Source: Octopus vulgaris (Eukaryota). Taken from it: DNA of 64,000 nt. The notes beneath the pieces were generated by a model. The model was given only the letters and a program-made list of their open reading frames with translations. It was not told the DNA's origin and did no database searches. A program made the translations under genes and the position numbers. Positions 21,201-33,658 of this stretch are shown here, piece after piece (position 1 is the stretch's first letter; each line of letters opens with the position of its first letter). The stretch lies in NCBI GenBank assembly GCA_951406725.2, contig OX597830.1, positions 67,704,001 to 67,768,000 on the forward strand, read 5' to 3'.

Positions 21201-23153
21201 ATACTACATAAATATGAAGATGTTACCATCATGAAGACTGTGGCTCATGCCTCACGTTCACTGTTACAGCAGAAATAAATTACAGCCAAATCGAAAAAGA
21301 GGCTCTCGCGATTATGTTTACAGTGTAAATATTTCATAGATTTTTAGACCTTATAAATTTTTTCACTATAGACATATCATCGTCTGTTATTATCTATATA
21401 TGGGTCATAGAAAGGAATACCTACCCATACTGTGAACAGATTGCAATGCTGGGCTATCATATTATTAAATTGTGATTTTTAAGGCGGAGTTCATACAATC
21501 TAAACATTTAGGACACACTGATTGTCAATATTGATACCAAAAAATACTGAGCCGTTTGAAGACGCCGTGATTGCTGCGTTGGGAGCGAGAAAAGAAGTTT
21601 AAAAATATTCTATGTCATGTCACATGTGAATTATCAGTTACATTACAAGACAAAATTAAAATCGGAAAACAATGAATTTATTTAGAAAATGAAAGGAATA
21701 GTGAAGGCTGAAAAAATGAAGTAAAAATATGTGTCTTGCAGAACGCAACACAAATTCGAACCTTTTCTCAATTTGTGACAATGTGTTAATGTACACACAA
21801 GGATTAGTAGCGCCAGCTACACTACAGAAAGGAATACTAAAGAAATTTCACATTGGCCACCCAGGGATTTTTGAGAATAAAATCATTCATCAGAACTTAT
21901 GTGTATTGGCCAACGATGGACCATGACATTGAAGAACTAGTGAGAACATGCAGAGGTTGTACCCTAGTAGCAAGATCATCAACCACAAAATGGCAACAGA
22001 TAACCCATTCTCTTGAATGCATGTTGATTAAGCAGGGCCACTTAACAGTTCATATTACCTTTTTGTGGTAGACAGTTCTTCTAAGTGGCTTGAAATGCAT
22101 AAATGTAAAAAGCCGACATCCCCGGTTACAGTAAACTTTTTACACAAATCATTCACCGGATATGGTATTCTGGATACCAATGTGTCTGATAATGGAACTC
22201 ATTTTACTTCAGACAAGTTCAAAAAATCTTGTAAATTGTTCGTTATCTAACTTGTGACTACGCTGACGTATCAACTAATGTCAAATGGACAATCGTTTTA
22301 TCGATGCTTTTAAGAGTGTTTTAAAAAGGCGAACAATGAAGTAATGGATGACCTAACACTTCAACAATTTCTATGAATGTACCGAGTAACACCTAATCCA
22401 AAAACCCCGTCTGGAATGTTACCTGCAGAATTAATGTTCCCTAGAAAGTTTAGATTCGTCTTTGACAAGTTGTTACCGAGTAACATAGCAAACAATAGAT
22501 ATAATTAAAAATATCTCAAGATAGCTGATATAGTTTTCTTTAAAATATATAGAAAGGGTAAAGAAATGTGGCAGGGCAGTGTGATTACTAAAGAGATTGG
22601 AAAAGTTTTATCTTTGGTAAAAGGTAAAAATTTTGAATATAAAAGACAAACCTGCTTAGAAAACAATTTACGGAAGAAACGGCCACGAGAGATGAAATTC
22701 CCAAGGAAGTACTTTATGATATGTTTGAGGTACCAACACTTAAATAGATTGAAACCACATGTCCAAGTGCCAGAAAAAGGAAAAGAACCGAACCACTGGA
22801 ATTAGACCCTAAACGTAAAAGATATTAAACTCCGTATGAGTTTAATTCTTAAAAAAGGAAGATATGGCAGAATCGTGAACACCCCTCCCACGTGACTGAA
22901 AGTGGACTAAAGGATTTCAATGAGTAAGAACTGTGAGAACTGTCAAGGCAGTTGACAGTGTTGGTCGACTGTATTGGTTACTCTGTTAGTGCGACATGTG
23001 TAGGTTTAATATCGTTCCTACATTCGAGTAATATGGAGCGCATTCCCTGTGAACATAATAATTCTGTGATAGGTTATTCTACACAACCACATTCCAAATA
23101 TTTATTTGGGTAATGTTATTTTACAACCAAGCGTGTACATGCACGTCATAACA
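18229..23153 (+). mobile_element. Decayed Gypsy/Ty3 LTR retrotransposon (LTRs ~18229-18833 and ~22863-23153)
   Basis: Homologous LTRs both ending GTCATAACA; PBS TGGCGACGAG at 18838; purine tract at 22851-22862; remnants of gag knuckle CFKYGKIGH, protease LDTG, RT FSKLDLSDA/AYVDDIL, RNase H NYSQIEKEAL, integrase HIGHPG/SDNG; flanks AAGAT/AAGAA. Confidence 0.9.
18279..18657 (+). mobile_element. tRNA-derived SINE inserted in the Gypsy 5' LTR
   Basis: A box TGGCCCAGTGG and B-box-like GGTTTCGATTCCC; exact 13-bp TSD ATTGATTACTTTG at 18266-18278 and 18658-18670; absent from the 3' LTR. Confidence 0.9.
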
Positions 23154-23469
23154 AAGAAGGAGACTCAGAAAGACAAGGGGTGATGCTTTGGGGGCCAGCC
23201 TCAAGTTGCTGATCCTTGGAGATGTCAAAAGACCAAGATATTTAGCACCTTGCTATGCTTGAGAAAGCCTGCCCACCACAGCAGAACTAATAACCTACTC
23301 CTCTGGCACATGCTTGTTCGTAAAAAGCTCTACCTCACCACAATTCCCACTGCCTCAGGAAACTTTTGCCTCACATTTCATGTCCTACGCTCATCACTTG
23401 TTTATCCCTAATATTATTCCTCTACTATAATAGGCAATTATTATGTACCTCAACTTTCGTCATTTCTCC

Positions 23470-23848
23470 ATTCCAGTACTTCCCAGAAACACTTCCTTTC
23501 CTCGTTATCTTCCTCCAGCCATGCTCTCTCTCTCTCCTCCCTACTCAACACAAATAGAACCATTTCTATGTCTCATTATCTTACTTCAATCATTCCTTAA
23601 CTCCTCTCTGCTAGAATCCATCCTTAGAAAGTTTTCCTTTCCTTATCTTATTCCACTAACTTCCACTAATTTCACATTTCCTCCCCCATTTATAACCACT
23701 TCTTTCTTTAACTTTCATTACTTTCACTCTTCTCCACATCCAAGAAGTACTTTCATTCCTAATTATCTTCCTCCAGCCATGATCCTCTTTCCTCCGCTAG
23801 ACTCATACTTAGAACCACATTCGTTACACATTCTGTTCTTCTAGCTAT

Positions 23849-23894
<46 letters not shown>

Positions 23895-24890
23895 CTGTTA
23901 AACTCCGTCTTTAGAACCTCTTCCATTCTTCATCCCCTTCCTCCATCCATGCTCTGTCCACCTCACCACAGTTAGACTCTTTCCTTAGAACCACTTTTAT
24001 TTTTTCTCCATTTTCCTCCAGTGACACTCCCTGTTTCTGCTGCTAGACTCCATCTTAGAACCACATTCTTTCTTCATTATCTTCCTCCATCCATGCTATA
24101 TCGTCCCACTTCTAGACTCCATCCTCAGAACCATTCCCATTGGTCTCTATCTTCATCCAGCAACATTCTCTTGCTCCTCTGCTAAATCCCATCCTCAGAA
24201 CAACTTCCTTTTCTCGTTACTATCCTCCAGACATGCTGCCTCTCACCTCTCCTGGATTCCATTCTCAGCACTAATTCCATTTCACTCTGTCTTCCTCCAG
24301 TCATCCTCCCTCACCTCTCTGCTTGACTCCATTCTCATAACTTCTTTTTCTCATTATCTTTCTCCAGCTATGCTCAATTTTCCCTCTACTAGATTCTATG
24401 CTTAGAACCACTTCCTTTCCTCATTATTTTCTTCTACCCACACCCTCTCACTCCTTAGCTAAACTCCATCCTTAGAACTATTTTCTTTCCTCATTAACTC
24501 TCTCCAGGCATACTCTATCTCCCTTCTGCTAGACTCTATCTTTAAAACAACTTATTTTCTTCATTATATTTCTCCAGCCATACTCTCGCTTCCCTCTGCT
24601 AGACTTCAAATTCATAACCACTTCTATTTCTTTCTATATTCCTCTCTTCTTTGTCAGACTCTTGTCTTAGAACCACTTGTTTTTCCTCTCTATATTCTTC
24701 CTCTATATTTTTCCTCTCTATATACTTTCTCTCTCTGCTCTGCTAAACTCCATACATAGAACCACTTCCTTTTCTCATTATCTTGATTAAGCCAGGCTCT
24801 CCTCCCCTCTGCTAGACTCCTTCATTAGAACCACATCCATTTGTCTCTATCTTACTCCAGCCATTCTCACTCTCACATCTGCTGAACTCC
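23470..24890. repeat. Degenerate pyrimidine-rich minisatellite, unit ~65 bp, roughly 20 copies
   Basis: Recurring CTGCTAGACTCCATCCTTAGAACCACTTCCTTT..CATTATCTTCCTCCAGCCATGCT; contains a (CT)n expansion at ~23850. Confidence 0.8.
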
Positions 24891-25264
24891 CCATTTCTTG
24901 TCAGGCCTAACCACACTATGACTTCTAGGTTATCTATTTACAAGATCCAAGAATTCATTAGCAATAATCTCTGAATTGTAGTTTATTCATGTCTTTTCCT
25001 CACCAATCTCAGATGTCCTGTAAAGATTATGGATGGTACCCTTCCTCCTTTAATTAAGCTCTGTTCCATCAAGGGTGAGGTTCCTCAGCAAACACCATTT
25101 GTTATCTATTTTACTATTAGTGTAGCCTGGATGACATTATTTATCATTAGGGCACCAAGGTAAGAAGTCTATCTTGTTTGTGACATCAGTGTAGACCTTA
25201 TATTATTCTTTATATGCAACTTTCTTTCATCACTATAAAAAGTTGAAATAATTTGTCTTTCTAG

Positions 25265-25449
25265 AACATACCAACTGATATGTGACATCAAAACAGAAAT
25301 TAGATCTAAAATGCTTTTGAATATAAATAAGACAATTGAGCTGTCTAAATATGTGATTAAGTCCCTGAAACACCAAAACTTGCTATCTGTTTACAATATA
25401 CACTCAAGTGAAGACTTTGATGTGGTAATCAAGAAGGCTGTGTTCAAAG
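25265..25449 (+). CDS. Next host exon of the TRPM-like channel
   Basis: TTTGTCTTTCTAG acceptor and AAG|GTAATA donor; phase-2 start joins the previous exon in frame; ends LLSVYNIHSSEDFDVVIKKAVFK, resembling the TRPM LITVF...DID.AIL.ALLK segment. Confidence 0.7.
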
Positions 25450-25869
25450 GTAATAAAAAATATCTAAAAAGTTTCTGGAATGTCAGTGTTTTACATGTTG
25501 TCATTAGCATTGTACTTTGTCTGTGGTAAAAACATTTAACTTAAAAATTCCCCTTCTCTACATTACTGTAAATAGATATTAAAAACAGTATGCTTGTATA
25601 ATTGCTGAACCGATGAATATTTCCCAGATTTGAGGTACCAAATTTGATCTTATCCATAGAAATAATTACTTGAAAATTGTTCTTGTCCAGAACATGATAT
25701 ATAAACTAAAGATAAGAAGGGGTCTAGAGCACGGACAACAGAAGCTAATGGAAAGATAAACATTACTGCTCTTTAACATCAAACTTACTGATTTCATAAA
25801 AATATTGCACTTTTCTACCTCAAATTGGTTCTCATAATGTGTAATATTATTCAATAAAACTATTTTGCA

Positions 25870-26295
25870 CCATCCTCATCATCATTGTTTAACTTCTGCT
25901 TTCCATACTGGCATGGGTTGGACAGTTTGACAGAGGACTGGTGAGCCAGGAGGCTGCACCAGGCTCCAATCTGATCTGGTAAGGTTTCTACAGCTCGATG
26001 CCCTTAACACCAACAGCTCTGAGAGTGTAGTGGGTGTTTTTTACATGCCACCGGCACAGGGGCCAGTCAGGCAGCATTGGCATCAACCATTTTCGAATGG
26101 TGCTTTTCACGTGCCACTGGCATGGTAGCCAGTCAGATAGCACTGGCATCGACAACACTTGTATGATGCTATTTACGTGTCTCCAACACTGGAGCCAGTC
26201 CAACAACACTGGCATCAACCACACTCTAATGGTGCTTTTTACATGCCACTGGCATGGAAGCCAGTCAGGCAGTACTGGTATTAACCATGGCAACA
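25870..26295 (-). mobile_element. Older 3' UTR fragment of an RTE-type LINE with ~60 bp tandem repeats
   Basis: Homologous to 61627-62270 ((CAT)n tail, GCTTTCCAT..GCATGGGTTGGAC, GGCTGCACCAGGC, TGCCAC repeats). Confidence 0.8.
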
Positions 26296-27312
26296 AGTGT
26301 TTATTAGAGGCAATCTATTAAATAAATTTTATTTTCCCTTTAGTATAGTGATGACTTTTATCAATTGCCTTTATTTATATTCCGAACATTAAAACAGTAA
26401 TCCTATCTTACATTATCTATATTATAAACAAGTTTTATTGTCATTGTTCAGTCAGTATGACACTTATATAGATTGTTATGAAATATTTTTGATATTTGGC
26501 AATGAATATTATGAATATTATGTTCTTCAAGAACATGATAATTACTTTTTACCTGAAATAAGAAAAAAACTCAGCAGCATTAATAATAACCCAAATGAAA
26601 TATTTGGAGTTAAACTAGCATCAGTTACCCTTCCTTATTTAATATTGAAGATTAACCTGCAGTCTTTTAATTACTGTTATTCGTTATTTTACTTTTAAAT
26701 ATCCCAAAAAGTGACCATTATTAATGTTTGGGAATCTGAACACAACATCATCTTCCATCCCAATCTGGGTGGCACTATCCATAAGTGATTTACACCTTGC
26801 TCTTTTTTCTCTTCTCCTCTCCAAATAATAATAAACTATAATTTAGATATTCTTATTGATTGTTAATTACTTTGACTTTTTCTTTGATAACCATTAATTT
26901 CACACATTTATTATTACACTCAGTCATAAGAAGGCTTAACTCCTGCCTGTGAATTGTGTACATACATTTATTATGCTGCATAAATGGTTATTTTAATTTC
27001 ATGCAGTGAATATATATTTAACCCAGTAGTTATTTGAAATATCAGTGAATGTGTTTTTTACTGTTTCCTATATGTTGGAGAGGACAGATTTTGTCTCAGT
27101 ATGCAGCACAGCAAGTACACATAATTGACAAGCCACCACAACACTGTATGCATCTGGCATTCTCTTGAGTTACTGCCAGGAGGAGTTTTGGTCTCTTTCC
27201 TATATGTGTTTTAAATAAAGCATATCTATGGATATTTTCTCTCAGCTAAAAACAGCAGCATCATGACTATAAACTGTGTATATATATTCAATATTATACA
27301 TAAGTAGATAAT

Positions 27313-28145
27313 ATCAGGTTGTAACAAAGTTCTGTCTATTTTTAAGGTTCAGTAAAAGAATTTTAAAAAACTATCGTATTTATTTAATCAATAATATAGT
27401 TACTACTCTCATCTGTGACCACTTTCTATCTGTTTTTTAATGCCACGTTCATAAAATCCTTAGTTTTAGAAGGGAAAAAGGAAATTACAGCTTCTACTTT
27501 TCTATTAAGTCTTAATCCACTGAAATGATTTTGTAAGCTTTTAAAGAGATGATAATCTGTTGGTGTGAGATCAGAAGAATAAAGTGAGTGATGCATAATT
27601 TCCCAGGTCTATATTTCTCAAACTTCTTTGGCCATTTTTGCAGTGTTAGGATTATTATGATGAAGGATGATTTCATTTTTGTTTATTAATGATGGGTGTT
27701 TTTGATGTATGGCTGCTTTCAAACATGCTAGCTTTTGGCAGTATAGATTGGTTGTTATTGTTTGGTTATCCTGTAGCTGCTTGGAATGAATTATTCCATG
27801 CATATCCTACCATAATTTCAGAAGAATCTTCCTTAGATGCCAACCACTTCTGGACTGCTGAGTTGGATCTTCACCACAAATGAGCCACTGATATTTTCAC
27901 TAAACATTATGGCAAATTATCTATTTCTCATCTCAGTTAAGTCTCTATCCAAAAAAAGGTATTTGTGCATCAAAATGATGCACAACAATCAACATGTCAT
28001 TTGCAATTGTCTGCAGAGAGCTCATGCAAAACCCATTTTGCAACTTTTGACACTTTATATAAACTCAGAACACTATCTGGCAGAAATACTAAGGGTTTCA
28101 CCTAGCACACTAACAATTCTGCCAGCTCACTGTTTTGTGAAATAA
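27313..28145 (-). mobile_element. Decayed mariner (Tc1/mariner) transposon fragment
   Basis: Minus-strand remnants WEIMHHSLYSSDLTPTDYHLF (HPPYSPDLAPSDYHLF-like) and ILHHNN (HDNA-like); TA-TCAGGTTG.. TIR-like end at 27313. Confidence 0.75.
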
Positions 28146-28164
28146 TATGAACAATAAAAAAAAT

Positions 28165-28305
28165 TGGCTATAGGTGTAAGGTCCGACATTTTGGGGAGGG
28201 GGCCAGTTGATTAGATCGACCCCAGTACACAACTGGTACCTAAATTCATCGACTCCGAAAGGCAAAGTCGACCTAGGCAGAATTTGAACTCAGAACGTAA
28301 AGATA
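28165..28305 (-). mobile_element. SINE fragment, same family as 56918 and 60060
   Basis: GGCAAAGTCGACCTAGGCAGAATTTGAACTCAGAA is the reverse complement of TTCTGAGTTCAAATTCTGCTGAGGTCAACTTTGCC at ~60106. Confidence 0.7.
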
Positions 28306-28593
28306 GATTGTCGCCTTGGTCTGAAGGAATATTATAAGATGTCATATTAGCCATATTGATGATATTAAATATTTTGATTTAGTTAAAGGACATTTTAATA
28401 TCAAATGAATTATTTTTTGTGAAATCTATGTTACAGCAAAGAATGAATTGAAATATTTGCCGTTTTCATCGGAGTGGAGAGAAATTTATAAACACCTGAA
28501 TACCCTACTTTCAGAGAGATTCGCTTCCAAGTAAGATAATATATATATTATTATTTATGTTGTGAACCATTAGTAAATATCTCTGTGTGTGTA

Positions 28594-28631
<38 letters not shown>

Positions 28632-28744
28632 TGTATACACACACACACAAACCAATGGAAATAGACAGTTGAGATCCATGAAGGTAGAGTCCAAAAGAGT
28701 AAGAAGATCCAGTGGTAATCCGGGTGGAGTGGTGAATATGTGGG

Positions 28745-29760
28745 CTAGATTTACACAGTTCGACATTGTCGACTTTTATCCATCTATTTCTAAAGAGTTA
28801 TTAATGAAGGCACTTACCCTTGCCAAGAGCTTCACAGATATTACTAATAATAATACTAGAGTTATCATGCATGCCAGGAGGACGGTATTGTTCAGCAAAG
28901 ATTCTACATGGGTTAAGCAACCTGACCCTGAGGGCTCATTTGATGTAGCTATGGGAACATATGATAGCGCCAATGTCTATGATCTTATCGGATTGTTCAT
29001 CCTGGACATCTTAGAGAAGAGGTTTCGTTCAGTCCTCTTCGGTCTCGACAGAGATGTCCTAGTCATCTCTAGGGGAGCCAACGGTCACACATTAAACTTA
29101 GAAAAGATCTAATTAGCACCTTAGGCTCAATGGATTTCAAGATCACCATTGAGACTGATCTCACCACAGAATATTTCTTAGATGTTATTAGATCTGGTAC
29201 ATACAGGTCCTAGCACAAGCCAAACAAGAGACTGTCTTATATTAGCACAGACTCCAACCACCCCCTATAGTTCACAAGAACCTAGTGAAAAGTGTAAACA
29301 AGAGGATCTCAAATCTATTCTCGAACCAAGCAATCTTCGAAGCCACTGCCTCCTTCTACAGTAAGGCACTGGCATCGAATGGGTGCCTGTTCCTAGCACC
29401 TGGGAAAGAAATCCCCGCAGAAATGTCGTTTGGTTTACTGCACCGTTATCACTCAATGTCAAGACTTGTATGTGAAAGATTTTCCTTAAATTGATAAGCA
29501 AACATTTCACACACACATAAATACAGGTATATATTTAACAGATACAACCTAAGACTCTCCTTTAGTTGTGCACCTAATGTAAAAAAAACATTTTAACAAA
29601 TACCCACAATACAAGGGATGAGGCAGGTCGCTCTTGCAGGACATATAATAACTGTCCAGTAGGAGGTCGATGTGAGACTGAAGTGGTCATCTGTGAGGCT
29701 ACGGTGATACCTAGGCCCGATATCCGCAATAACAGTTATGTACCAGCAAAAAGCAATATT
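28745..29760 (+). mobile_element. Decayed Penelope-like element (Naiad/Chlamys-like RT plus start of GIY-YIG)
   Basis: FDIVDFYPSISKELL, FDVAMGTYDSA, GL(Y)RD, then CRTYNNCPVGGRCETEVVICEATV; many disablements. Confidence 0.75.
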
Positions 29761-30669
29761 ATTAGCTGATCAGCTAGTTCTCATGACAATACAATTGCCA
29801 AGCGCAGAGATAATAACCAGTCCGAGACCAGCATTACAGAGAATGTCACTGAATACCTCGGTACCGCCGCCATGGATAATGAACAAACCATAGAAAGAGT
29901 GACCAGGCCTGCAATGTATGTTACCACCAGTACCAACGCTGTACCTAGAAATAATGACCTATCCAGGACAAGGGACCCAGTTCCACCACCTCATAAGATG
30001 ACCAAATATTTATCTTCGACACCAATGGGATGACCAGACCCGCACTATATGTCATAGGGGTGCGAATAGGCCTATACCTTATGTGTGTAAATATATTGGT
30101 TCTGCAAGTTCTGCGTTCAAGCGACGTTTTCTTAACCACCAGTCATCCTTCAGAGTCCCAGAAAGATGGTTTGCCACGTCTTTGGTCCGCTATGTATGTC
30201 ATCTCAAGGATCAAGGGACCCCGTGTGATATCAGGTAGAAATTAATTGATCAATTAAGCCTGTATATAATTGGAAGTGGCCGTTACAAGATCTGCATTGC
30301 GAAGAGAGCCAAAATTCAGAAGGACTATAAAAAACCTGGTGCATTCAAGAGCCGCAAGAAAGTGTTTTCTAAATGTATCCACTTCAAGCGCTACTTACTC
30401 AAAAATTGGATCGCCACAATTGCTAGTTAGGCGTCTTCAGATCTATAAGGGATTTTCTCCCTCCGATTCAGGTAAAATAACCTGCCCTCATTAACGTTTT
30501 TATTAAGAAATATTCCTCGAGCTCTGAGAGTTCCCTTATGTCTGCAACGCAGATATTTTAAATGTTTGTATTTATATAGTGTCTGACGAGCTGTCCACAA
30601 GGCTTTGCTTTGTGTAGCTTTATAACCAAGATATAATTTTTTGTTGTACATACATACATACATATATAT

Positions 30670-31475
30670 AGGAGGAGAGTTCACAAAAAAACAAAAGACG
30701 AAGACAGGTGGTGTAGACAACAAACAGGTATATTAGTTTAACGCTCGGGAAGTGAAAAAGTCTTTAACGTTTCAAGCCTACACTCTTCCACAGAAAGGAA
30801 CACAGAAACAAAGAGAGAAAATAAAGAATGTGTAGTGGCTAACGATCTACCATGGCAAATGCCAGACAGAGGGGTCACACAGGAGAGCTAGGAAGAAGGG
30901 GGGATAATAAAGTAGTGGTGATCCCAAAACGAAGGTGCGCGTGCGTGTGTATAAGAGAGTATGTATGTGCGTGTGGAAGAGGGCTGGTGACCTTGACGTG
31001 TGCGTGTGTGTATGTGGGGCTGGGAAGTGGTCAGTGCTAGTGTGTGCGTGGTGGTGTGATGTGTTGTGGTGTTGTGTGGTAAGGTGGTGTATGGTGTAGT
31101 GATGTGTGGTGTGGTGTGATGGTGCTGGGAAGTGGGGGAGGCAAGAGTGGGGAAAGCAAGGGTGGTGTGTGAGTTAGGCTGAGGGTGGGGCAGAGATGGG
31201 GTATGTGGGTAGGCTGACGGTGGGGGTAGAGGTGGGGTATGTGGCAGTGGGTATAAGGGATGGGATGGGTGGGGATGGATAGGGAAGCTAGGGTTGGAAT
31301 GGGGACATACTGGTGCACACGTGTTTAGTCAAACAAATGTCCCCAGTACCTATTGTTTATAAGCATAGAACTTATCCGATCGGTATTTTTTGCTGAACCA
31401 TTAAATTATGGGGACATAAACACACCAACATTGGCCATCAAGCGATGGTGGGGGGACAAACACAGATATATATAT

Positions 31476-31520
<45 letters not shown>

Positions 31521-32222
31521 GCTAGGATGGGGTTACGAGGGAGGGGGAGAAGGTGGGTAGGAATGAAGAGAAGAGAGAAGGAGAGTAGGAGTGAAGAAAA
31601 GAAGTAGGAGTCGGAGCAAGAGGAGGGGTGGGTGGGAAGGAAATAGGTGTGAGGTGAAGAGTGGAGAGGGGAGGAGAGTTGAGTCCATGTGGCACAAAGG
31701 AGCGAAGAGAGAAGATTAATCCTTGTTCATGACGCAAACGGGAGTCCGGATGACCCCTGTGCAAGGACAATATGAACACAGACAGGTGTTGAAAAGAGTG
31801 ACCGGTGTAACGGAAATGGCATGAGACTGGGGTGTCACTGCAGAGTTGGATGTCTCAGAAGTGTTCCACAGACCGGTCAGCCAAGAGGCGTCTCATTTGC
31901 CCGAGGTATAGAGAAGGGAGAGAGAGAGAGAGAGCAGGAGATGCAGTAGTTGACATTGGTAAAAGTGCAGGTGAAGGAGTCAGTGATGTGATATGATCGA
32001 AGATGGGTGCTGGTGAGGAGAGTAGTGTTGGAGAAGTAAGGGCAAGTATAACAGCGTGGGTGGAAGCAGGGGAATGAGCAGGGTTGGGTATTTAGATTAC
32101 GAAAGAAGCTATGGACCAAGAGGTCTTGTGGGTTGTGGGCTCATTTGAAGACTGGAGTCGCCGAAAGGCTCGGAGAATGGTGCATTGGAGAAGTAGGGTG
32201 GTGGGGTGGTAGGTGAGGGGAA
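30670..32222 (-). mobile_element. Decayed Penelope-like (Neptune-type) 3' portion: GIY-YIG remnant and low-complexity 3' region
   Basis: CYTCPY..YHITDSFTCTFTNVNYCISC (31877-32119) and EQGLIFSLRSFVPHGLN (31522-31779); degenerate hammerhead-like GGAAGAGTGTAGGCTTGAAACGTTA at ~30765-30795. Confidence 0.7.
31309..31520 (-). mobile_element. SINE 3' fragment, inverted near-identical copy of 32645-32856
   Basis: Reverse-complement match including idiosyncratic positions. Confidence 0.8.
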
Positions 32223-32556
32223 ACATATATATATATATATACGTATATATTATTGTGTCTAGGGAGAGTTATTCTCTTTTAGTGCCTTGTTAATTCAACA
32301 CACTCACCAGTCTGATTTCCACTCAAATTTTCGTTGCGCCTTGCATCTTTTTCAGTAGTTCTTGATTCGGTTTCTATCGGAATTGCGTTTTTTAATTTTT
32401 TTTAACTTGTACACATGCGTGTGCACGTATTCATATGTATGTGTGTATGTATGTATTTATATATATGTATGTGTGCATCTCGACCGTATGTATGTATGTA
32501 TGTATGTATAAAAGAAGTGAAAATATGTGAAAAACGTATATAAAAAGTGGAAGAGA

Positions 32557-32604
32557 AATGCCTTGTGTGTGAATTTGATAGACGGAAACTGAAAGAAGCT
32601 TGTC

Positions 32605-32690
<86 letters not shown>

Positions 32691-32895
32691 ATATATATCT
32701 GTGTTTGTCCCCCCACCATCGCTTGATGGCCAATGTCGGTGTGTTTATGTCCCCATAATTTAATGGTTCGGCAAAAAATACCAATCGGATAAGTTCTATG
32801 CTTATAAACAATAGGTACTGGGGACATTTGTTTGACTAAACACGTGTGCACCAGTATGGCCACAGTCAAATGACTGAAACAAGTGAAATAATAAA
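32557..32895 (+). mobile_element. 5'-truncated SINE, same family as 60796-61185
   Basis: AGACGGAAACTGAAAGAAGC, internal (TA)/(TG) tract, GTGTTTGTCCCC, 3' end TGGCCACAGTCAAATGACTGAAAC. Confidence 0.85.
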
Positions 32896-32904
32896 ATAAT
32901 GAAA

Positions 32905-32941
<37 letters not shown>

Positions 32942-32942
<1 letters not shown>

Positions 32943-33401
32943 TAGCATTAAAGACCCGTCGTTGCCGGGTCATAGTGCTAGTGCATGTATATTTGTGTAT
33001 ATATATGTGTACATATTACATGTACATCTATATATATACATCTACACATAAAATACAAAATACAAGGTTATATCTTGATATCGCTAGTGATAACAATACT
33101 CAAAATATATAACAGACTGGAATTGTTAGCCCGTCAATTGTATCTTGTCCTCCCTCTTGTATAGAAGTGTGGCTACAATCCAGCCTACCTCTACTTCTGG
33201 GGATGGGGGCATTTTAAATTTTTTTCCGGACGTCCTACATCCCAGATATAAAGGTAAAAATAAAATATTTCCACTTTGCAAGTTTGAGTCAAGTACTCCC
33301 TTGCACGCTCCGTTGACTCGAATCTTGCTTCTATTGTGGTGAATTTACCGCCTCTGATTAGATACCTTTCATAGTAGCACCAAGACACTTTTCGAAGGTG
33401 C
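32942..33401 (-). mobile_element. Helitron 3' end (left part of the element hosting the Tx1 cluster)
   Basis: Minus strand GACCCG-gcaacga-CGGGTC hairpin followed 7 nt later by CTAG|T, the canonical Helitron 3' terminus. Confidence 0.65.
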
Positions 33402-33658
33402 TTTCCTCCATGTTGTTTTATTATTACCCACAAGGGGCGAACACAGATGGGACAATACAATATGATGATGGGGTCAGACAAACGAATGGGTTTTTACAAT
33501 AAATCGAATTTAAAAATTTTCATGAATTACAATAAATGGACAGAAATCGATGATAGGACAGACCGGAAGACATTACGGGTGGAGTGGGTGCGGGTTTAGC
33601 TCGGACCCCACGAGCCCCGCCTCCCCACTGATACTTTTGGTTGCGCTTGGTATTACAT

